In this document: one piece after another, positions 58,065-64,000 of the stretch
Numbering within the stretch: position 1 is the stretch's first letter
Layout: the number at the start of each line of letters is the position of its first letter
DNA from: Fidelibacterota bacterium
GTDB lineage: Bacteria; Fidelibacterota; UBA8477; JABMPR01
Length of the DNA stretch: 64,000 nt
Direction: 5' to 3'
NCBI GenBank assembly: GCA_018650795.1
Contig: JABIFG010000058.1
Location: forward strand, 9,497 to 73,496
Made by a program: the position numbers and the translations under genes
The notes under the pieces: generated by a model
The model's input: the letters and a program-made list of their open reading frames with translations, nothing else
Told to the model about the DNA's origin: nothing
The model's database searches: none

Positions 58065-59867
58065 CTATTTCACAAGGATCATTTTTCTGACTTGACTCAC
58101 TCCCTCACTTTCTAAACGATAGAGATAGAGACCTGCCGGAAGTTTGCTGGCATCCAGTTTTACAGTATGGGATCCAGCGGTATAGTCCCCAGATGCAATC
58201 GAGTGAACCCAGCGTCCCTTGATATCAAACAACTCGAGGCTTATGTACTGATTATCCTCCAATTCAAATTGGATATTGGTACTTGGATTGAACGGATTAG
58301 GAAAATTTTGTGATAAACTAAAGCTCCTGGGTGCCCGACGAACCTGATCAATGCCAACAACCCCGCCGGGTCCGACCATAGACACATCATCGACATAGAT
58401 GGTTCCATCTCCATCCCAACTGGCATTGACATCTACTGTCCGCAATTTGAAGTCACAAAAAGCCACGCTATCCGGGGCGGTGACAAATCCGGTTGAAATA
58501 TGCTGCCAGCCCCCCTCATTAGCAGTGATGCCTGATTCGACATCAGAACCAACTCGGTCGTGCTCAGCGTTCTCCCATCTGATTAAAACGCGTCCTACTA
58601 CTGCTGAATCATTGTCAAAAAACCAGGCTGAGAATTTGTAATCATCTCCTGCAACTACCGGGATATCCTGTTGAGTGAACAGGCGGGGACTCTTAATGGT
58701 TTGTTCAATGCGAACACTCCTGGTTCCCCAATGAACTATAGATTCTTCTATGGAAGCTGTCACGGCGCTGTCTTTATCGAATGCCCAAAACTCAGGCATG
58801 GTATCGTTCCAGGTCTCGAAACCTACATTACTAAGGTGCTCACCTAAGCCAGCATAAATCAGGTCTGAAGAAAGTTTGGTACTAGGCAAACCATTTTCAT
58901 CTTGAATGTATAAGCTTACGCTGTAATGACCTGGATTTTCATAAATATGACTGGGAGACTGCTCAGTACTAGAATTTCCATCTCCAAAATCCCATTGATA
59001 TTGATTGATAGGACTATTGCCTGGCACTGAAAGATCAGTAAAATTAACCATAAGCGGAGCATCACCTGATGTGGGTGAAGCCGTAAAGTCAGCACTTGGT
59101 GCACCCGTCACTTCAGCTACCGGAGAATCATCGTCCCAGAGTGGATCGCCCACGATCGTACCATTGTTTCCGCTGGTACTGTAGTCCTGGGTTGAGGTTC
59201 CACTTCCTTCATTAAATTTCCAATATCCCTGAAGTGTAGCTGAGGAATTGTAATTCCCACCATCCGCTAAAACATCAAGAACATTTCCTTCGGCATAAAT
59301 AGCTGCAGCCTCTTCTGGATTCAAAGCTGAATTCCAGAAAGCAATTTCGTCCAGCTTACCACCATAATAACCATTGTTCTTGCGGGCGAATCTTAACTTT
59401 CCCGTATTATCAAGTGATAAGGTAGAGAAGGTATTGATAATGACAGAATCAGAGGCAGAACCATTAATATAAATATAGGCTGTGTCCAATAAGGTTCGAT
59501 CTACTGCCAGAATAATATTTACCCAGGCATTGGTTTCAACTTCAGTCATAATATCTGGTTCGGAACGCAGGGAAATTTCCTCCACACCAGCTACTTTCCC
59601 GAGAAAAGTAATGGCTCCCGTCCCGCCATTTAAGTTGAATTGCCAGAGGTTAGCGCCGTTTTGCTTTTTGGCCATGAACATCTTTCCATCTGCCCAGGAG
59701 TCTACCTTGGCCCATACAGAAATGCTAAAATCGCCTTCAATTAGATCAAGGGCAGGTGAATCCTCGAATTCTACAAAATCATTTACACCATCAAAATTCA
59801 AAGAATAATCCTCGGCATGGCTGATGCCGTATAATAGAATTAATACTATTACACTTATCTTTTTCAT
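58065..59867 (-). CDS. secreted protein with LamG/concanavalin-A-like lectin, PKD, CBM4/9-like and type-A T9SS CTD modules
   Basis: LamG-like LNFDGVNDFVEFEDSPALDL...FSISVWAKVDSW...GKLDEIAFWNSALNPEEAAAIY. PKD ...NFTDLS...YQWDFGDGNSSTEQSPSHIYENPGHYSVSLYIQDENG. CBM4/9-like LSNVGFETWND...EFWAFDKD. CTD LSQNFPNPFNPSTNIQF...GLYLYRL...RKMILVK. Confidence 0.7.
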   Translation of the reverse strand: MKKISVIVLILLYGISHAEDYSLNFDGVNDFVEFEDSPALDLIEGDFSISVWAKVDSWADGKMFMAKKQNGANLWQFNLNGGTGAITFLGKVAGVEEISLRSEPDIMTEVETNAWVNIILAVDRTLLDTAYIYINGSASDSVIINTFSTLSLDNTGKLRFARKNNGYYGGKLDEIAFWNSALNPEEAAAIYAEGNVLDVLADGGNYNSSATLQGYWKFNEGSGTSTQDYSTSGNNGTIVGDPLWDDDSPVAEVTGAPSADFTASPTSGDAPLMVNFTDLSVPGNSPINQYQWDFGDGNSSTEQSPSHIYENPGHYSVSLYIQDENGLPSTKLSSDLIYAGLGEHLSNVGFETWNDTMPEFWAFDKDSAVTASIEESIVHWGTRSVRIEQTIKSPRLFTQQDIPVVAGDDYKFSAWFFDNDSAVVGRVLIRWENAEHDRVGSDVESGITANEGGWQHISTGFVTAPDSVAFCDFKLRTVDVNASWDGDGTIYVDDVSMVGPGGVVGIDQVRRAPRSFSLSQNFPNPFNPSTNIQFELEDNQYISLELFDIKGRWVHSIASGDYTAGSHTVKLDASKLPAGLYLYRLESEGVSQVRKMILVK

Positions 59868-59894
59868 CTTACACTCCCCAGTGTTACAAAACGG

Positions 59895-61283
59895 TTAATG
59901 CTTCTTTATTTCTTTGGCCATTTCAGCTAAAACTGATCCAAAACGTTTGCGTCTCACTTCAGCCGTTGAAGCTAGATCCCCTACCGGCAGTGGCGATTTT
60001 TCGTCTGGATCGGTAATGACGTCATAGAAATTGCCATTGTTATAGAGTTTCCAACGTTCATCGCGAACCCATCTTGTAAATTCAGGCTTATCTGATTTCT
60101 TCTTTTTGGGTTTTTTATTTTTCTTATTCTTCTTTTTCTTCTTTTCGATCCCGCTGTCTTCAACGGCATATTTTCCTTTTTCAAAATGACAGAAAATATA
60201 TTCCTTGGGGTGACCCTGCTTGCCCTTGAGCTGAGGTACAAAGCTGACACCATCCACGATGAAATCTTTTGAAATTTTAGCTCCACCAATTTCTGCTACA
60301 GTTGGGAGAATATCTGAAAAATCAATGAGATCGGTATTGAGCTTATTGGCAGGTGCAGTCCCCTCCCAATAGGCAATTAAGGGTACATGAGTACCGGCAT
60401 CAATACTGCGGCCCTTTCCTCCACGGATCTTTTTACCATTAAATTTGGATGTGACCTTCTTATCTGTCCCATTATCACCTGTGAACAGGAGAAGTGTATC
60501 ATCTGCAATCCCAAGTTCCTCCAGATGATCAACCATTTTTCCCACGATTTTATCGGTATAGGCTACCATATCGGGGAAGTATTTGGTGTTGCGCTTGGAT
60601 TTTGAATCCCCTTCCTTGCTATCCGGTGTGGGGACATGGGGGCCATGTGTCAAAGCCATGGGATAATAGATGAAGAAGGGGTTTTTCTTATTCCGGGTCA
60701 TAAAATCCATGAGGAATTGTGAATAGATATCGGGGCCATATTTCCCATCAGTATCCTTAAGCACTTTCCCATTTTGGGTAATATTTGGATTCCAATAACG
60801 CGAGCCCTTGGATTCACGATCTACCTGCCAGAGACAGTATTCATCAAAGCCAGAATCTTCGGGTCGTGTGCCAGGAAATTCTTTGCCACGTCCTGAAAGC
60901 TGCCATTTGCCAGCGATAGCCGTAGCATACCCTGCAGTACCCATAATGTGTCCGAAGGTCTTCTCGCCCTTGTTGAGGGTTTCGAAAGCCACATAATTGC
61001 GGGCATTAGTTTTCCCAGTCATGATTTTCACCCTGGTGGGCGTGCAAACCGGTTGTGAGTGACAGTTCGTAAACCTGATCCCGCGTTTGGCCAGATCATC
61101 AATTCGTGGAGTAGAATATGATTGTCCACCATTGGCTGTTACGCATTCATAGCCAAAATCATCAGGCATGATGAGGATAATATTCGGTTTCTTTTTACCA
61201 AACGCTGCCTGAGCCAGCCCGCTTGGTATTGATAATGCCAGAGTACCTATTCCAGCGGATTTAAGAAATTCCCGTCGCTTCAT
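59895..61283 (-). CDS. S1-family sulfatase, Tat-secreted, with an internal lysine-rich insert
   Basis: MKRREFLKSAGIGTLALS; MPDDFGYE...CTPTRVKIMTGK; an insert EKKKKKNKKNKKPKKKKSDKPE lies near the C-terminus. Confidence 0.88.
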   Translation of the reverse strand: MKRREFLKSAGIGTLALSIPSGLAQAAFGKKKPNIILIMPDDFGYECVTANGGQSYSTPRIDDLAKRGIRFTNCHSQPVCTPTRVKIMTGKTNARNYVAFETLNKGEKTFGHIMGTAGYATAIAGKWQLSGRGKEFPGTRPEDSGFDEYCLWQVDRESKGSRYWNPNITQNGKVLKDTDGKYGPDIYSQFLMDFMTRNKKNPFFIYYPMALTHGPHVPTPDSKEGDSKSKRNTKYFPDMVAYTDKIVGKMVDHLEELGIADDTLLLFTGDNGTDKKVTSKFNGKKIRGGKGRSIDAGTHVPLIAYWEGTAPANKLNTDLIDFSDILPTVAEIGGAKISKDFIVDGVSFVPQLKGKQGHPKEYIFCHFEKGKYAVEDSGIEKKKKKNKKNKKPKKKKSDKPEFTRWVRDERWKLYNNGNFYDVITDPDEKSPLPVGDLASTAEVRRKRFGSVLAEMAKEIKKH

Positions 61284-61284
61284 T

Positions 61285-62802
61285 TTATTTCACCAGTTCA
61301 CATTTTAGAACAAAGGCATGTTCACAGGGTTTGGACTGGGGAAAAGTGACTTTCAACTCGGTCTCACTGAGAAACCAATCATTGATGGGTCCACTGCCCA
61401 GCATTTCAATTCTATTGATTTCTGTGGAATTTTTCTGTAATTCGCTCCAGATATCTTTTACCGTAGCTACTCCATTCTCAGGCCAATCCATGACGATAAT
61501 ATATAAGTCGTTATCTCTAGTAGTGTATCGAATATCACCTGCTGTGAATTCACCTTTACGGCGATTATGTCCACCACCCTCAACAAAAGTGGGTCCCTCA
61601 CCATAGCTAGTCCAGGGTCTGGTCCCATAAATGGCCTCGCCATTCATTTCAAGCCATTTGCCAATATCCAGGAGGCGTTTTTTTGATTCATCATCGATTT
61701 TGCCGTGCCGATCGGGACCTACATTCAACAGCATACTTCCATTTTTGCTGACAACGTCAATCAATTCATCAATGAGCCAGTTGGATGTGAAGTATTTGGG
61801 ATTTTTAATATATCCCCAGGAATTTGACATGACTGAGTTGTCAGTTAGCCAAGCCTCTGGACTCAATTCAGCCATTGAGCCTCTTTCATTATCCTTGATG
61901 CCAACACCTTCTGGCAGATTGTCCTTTTTGTAGGTAATGCCCACTTCTTTACCGGCAGCTTGAGCCTTGTTATAATAGTTGTGGATAAAGTCCTTCTTAT
62001 AGGGTTCAAAGGCTCCCTTCCCCCAGGCTCCGTCAAACCAGAGTAAATCAGGATCGTATTTTTCAATCACCTCTTCAATCTTGTGCTGCCAGTCCAGCAG
62101 ATATTCCTCGCTGTGAGGAGCTCTTTTTTCGTGGATAGGACCATACATACTTCCTACATAAGCATATTGGGGATCACCGGTATCATAACTGGAGTCATGA
62201 TCATAAAGGGACCAGTTACGGGCATGGTGAAAGGAGGTGACAAAATGCATGGAGCGTTTACGGATGGCGATTTCCAATTCCCCAACAATATCCCGCTTGG
62301 GACCCATTTCTTTGGCATCCCATTTGGTCAGATCACTATCCCACATGACAAACCCATCATGATGGACTGCTACGGGACCGGCAAAACGAGCTCCAGATTT
62401 TTGAAAAAGATCTGCCCATTCCTCAGCATCAAATTGAGCACCATCAAACATGGGTAGAAAATCCTTATAACCAAATTCAGACGGATGTCCCCAGGTCTTG
62501 GTGTGATGACCAAAAAAATCTTTCTTGCGGAAACCGTCTTTCTCATACATGCCATGGGGATACCATTCGGTATAGTAGGCTGGTACACTATATGGACCCC
62601 AATGGGTATAGATTCCAAATTTTGCATCCCTAAACCATTCAGGGGTCTGATGTTGCTTCAAGGATTCCCAGTCAGCAGTAAATGGTAAAGTAATTTCCTG
62701 TTTAGCCTCAGGCGTGATTTCAGTTGCAACCCGCTCATTAGCACAGCCATAAAGACATCCCATAATTATGGGAATCAGCAGCAATTCCTTATATTGCATC
62801 AT
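61285..62802 (-). CDS. alpha-L-fucosidase, GH29
   Basis: Lipoprotein-type signal ...IMGCLYGCAN; KFGIYTHWGPYSV, HHDGFVMWDSDL, LLNVGPDRHG. Confidence 0.88.
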   Translation of the reverse strand: MMQYKELLLIPIIMGCLYGCANERVATEITPEAKQEITLPFTADWESLKQHQTPEWFRDAKFGIYTHWGPYSVPAYYTEWYPHGMYEKDGFRKKDFFGHHTKTWGHPSEFGYKDFLPMFDGAQFDAEEWADLFQKSGARFAGPVAVHHDGFVMWDSDLTKWDAKEMGPKRDIVGELEIAIRKRSMHFVTSFHHARNWSLYDHDSSYDTGDPQYAYVGSMYGPIHEKRAPHSEEYLLDWQHKIEEVIEKYDPDLLWFDGAWGKGAFEPYKKDFIHNYYNKAQAAGKEVGITYKKDNLPEGVGIKDNERGSMAELSPEAWLTDNSVMSNSWGYIKNPKYFTSNWLIDELIDVVSKNGSMLLNVGPDRHGKIDDESKKRLLDIGKWLEMNGEAIYGTRPWTSYGEGPTFVEGGGHNRRKGEFTAGDIRYTTRDNDLYIIVMDWPENGVATVKDIWSELQKNSTEINRIEMLGSGPINDWFLSETELKVTFPQSKPCEHAFVLKCELVK

Positions 62803-64000
62803 TTCTTTTTCCTACTCTTCTTTATACTCAATTTGCTTTTTGCTAGTGCTTCTCGATATTTCTTAAATTCCTTTTTAGGAATAAGTCGGATTTTTTCATC
62901 CCATGACACGTGACGATCCATCAACACAGCCCATTCTGGATAGTTATTGCGCTGCACACAATTTTTCTTCCAGCGTTCAACTTCTTGATCGTAATATTTC
63001 TGCATCTGTCGCAAGGTTTTCTGCATTTCAGGCTTATCAACCAGGTTATGCATCTCTAAGGTATCTTCTTTGAGATCATACAATTCCTCTGCTGCCTGCA
63101 TCCCTTCACCAGCAAAAAACCAGTTGATGTACTTATATCTTTCTGTCACAACACCCAGTTCGTGTGTGGGTATAATCCCCCAGACATTCATGATAGGTAG
63201 TGCTTCGCGAAGCTTGTGTTTGGGATTTTCAACCATGGATCGCATGCTGATACCATCAACTGATTTTGGAATTTCCAGCTCAGCGTAGTCCATTATAGTC
63301 GGCATGATGTCTACACTCCCGGTTACTCCCTGACAGCGATATCCTTTGCCTGAATTTCGGTGTCGTGGATCCAGTATGACCATGGGAGCGCGGCTGGCTT
63401 CTTCATAGGGTAAAACCTTGCCACCAAAACCATGAGCACCACAGCTATAGCCATTATCGGTTGTAAAAATGATAACCGTATTATCGGCAATGCCACGTGC
63501 TTCCAGCTTGTCTCTGATCATCTTGACAGCGACATCCACCCCATACACCAATTGATTATATTTGCGCATGGTATCCTGATAGCGCTCACCCCTGAAGTCC
63601 TTATACTGCAGGTACTGCCGGCCACTTTTCGCCTGTTGCGGTAAATGCTCAGCGTTTTTGGTACCATGATTTTTGCGCTCATCCCAAACCGTATCAGCAT
63701 AAACGTGGTCATAGCGGGAATCTGGCGATCTGGGTGAATGGGGAGCTTTGAAACTCACAGAAAGACAAAATGGCTTGTCCTGCTCCATGGCCGTATCAAT
63801 AAAATCTTCAGATGCAGCCCCCAGGGCTCCACTAACATGAGGATACTGTTCTGCGTACATGGCGATGTGTTCATTCTCTTCTGTTTCATACTCACCCTGT
63901 CCGGGCCAACCATGCCAGACATCAAAAGAATCCATGGGCATTTTTTCATTGCTATGGTATCCAGATTTATCCGGTTTATCCGTGACTGCATACCCAAATT
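62799..64000 (-). CDS. S1-family sulfatase; the N-terminal part runs off the window end
   Basis: Sulfatase C-terminal core ...IIFTTDNGYSCGAHGFGGKVLPYEEASRAPMVILDP...DIMPTI; lysine-rich tail ...KSKLSIKKSRKKK. The frame is open to position 64000, and the C-x-P-x-R region must lie beyond the window. Confidence 0.8.
   Translation of the reverse strand, partial: FGYAVTDKPDKSGYHSNEKMPMDSFDVWHGWPGQGEYETEENEHIAMYAEQYPHVSGALGAASEDFIDTAMEQDKPFCLSVSFKAPHSPRSPDSRYDHVYADTVWDERKNHGTKNAEHLPQQAKSGRQYLQYKDFRGERYQDTMRKYNQLVYGVDVAVKMIRDKLEARGIADNTVIIFTTDNGYSCGAHGFGGKVLPYEEASRAPMVILDPRHRNSGKGYRCQGVTGSVDIMPTIMDYAELEIPKSVDGISMRSMVENPKHKLREALPIMNVWGIIPTHELGVVTERYKYINWFFAGEGMQAAEELYDLKEDTLEMHNLVDKPEMQKTLRQMQKYYDQEVERWKKNCVQRNNYPEWAVLMDRHVSWDEKIRLIPKKEFKKYREALAKSKLSIKKSRKKK

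Noticed and set aside
60090-60160. Polypyrimidine/polypurine tract (tttctttttgggttttttatttttcttattcttctttttcttcttttcg) that could be a simple repeat or non-coding low-complexity insertion
   Set aside because: It stays in frame within the sulfatase ORF and encodes a lysine-rich insert. It is treated as coding but flagged in the findings because homopolymer tracts are error-prone.
1-64000. All other listed plus-strand ORFs of 60-160 aa (for example 1290-1733, 1761-2147, 14782-15210, 41713-42123, 42000-42476)
   Set aside because: Each sits antisense inside a minus-strand gene that has strong family motifs. None has a signal peptide, domain motif or upstream SD. They are treated as non-coding.
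1-64000. CRISPR arrays, tRNA/rRNA genes, transposases, integrases, phage genes
   Set aside because: I scanned intergenic regions and ORF translations. There are no regularly spaced direct repeats, no tRNA cloverleaf candidates and no DDE/tyrosine-recombinase or phage-structural motifs. The only repeats are the short inverted-repeat elements reported above.

Overview
This 64-kb window contains about 34 predicted genes, all on the minus strand. No rRNA, tRNA, CRISPR array, transposase or integrase is visible. The content reads as a sulfated-fucan (fucoidan-type) polysaccharide-utilisation locus. It has four GH29 alpha-L-fucosidases (two in tandem) and six S1 formylglycine-type sulfatases, each with a C-x-P-x-R motif and a twin-arginine signal. 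It has at least six secreted right-handed beta-helix proteins of unknown specificity, four of which form a DUF1565-like family. It also has a RhaM-like deoxyhexose mutarotase, a cupin, a partial SGNH/GDSL esterase, and proteins carrying CBM4/9-like, CBM20-like, LamG and PKD modules. Fourteen proteins end in a type-A T9SS C-terminal sorting domain (NYPNPFNP ... KMILxK), yet strong AGGAG-type Shine-Dalgarno sites precede the genes and there is no SusD. This suggests a non-Bacteroidetes member of the FCB group; Latescibacteria- or Marinimicrobia-like is a low-confidence guess. The most unusual features are as follows. (1) Two paralogous, tightly packed four-gene cassettes encode a TonB-dependent receptor, a large T9SS-CTD protein of an unrecognised family, a PorV-like barrel and a longer PorV/PorQ-like barrel. 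(2) A four-paralog family of BNR/Ycf48-like beta-propellers has swapped C-termini; two carry dockerin-like modules and one also carries a cohesin-like module plus a T9SS CTD, which is scaffoldin-like. (3) Three sulfatases carry poly-lysine tails or an insert. (4) A dispersed intergenic element with GTCATCCTGAG-type inverted-repeat ends occurs in four places. (5) A GTATA-N5-6-TATAC palindrome recurs upstream of operon starts. All calls are from reading the sequence and ORF track by eye; no searches were run.
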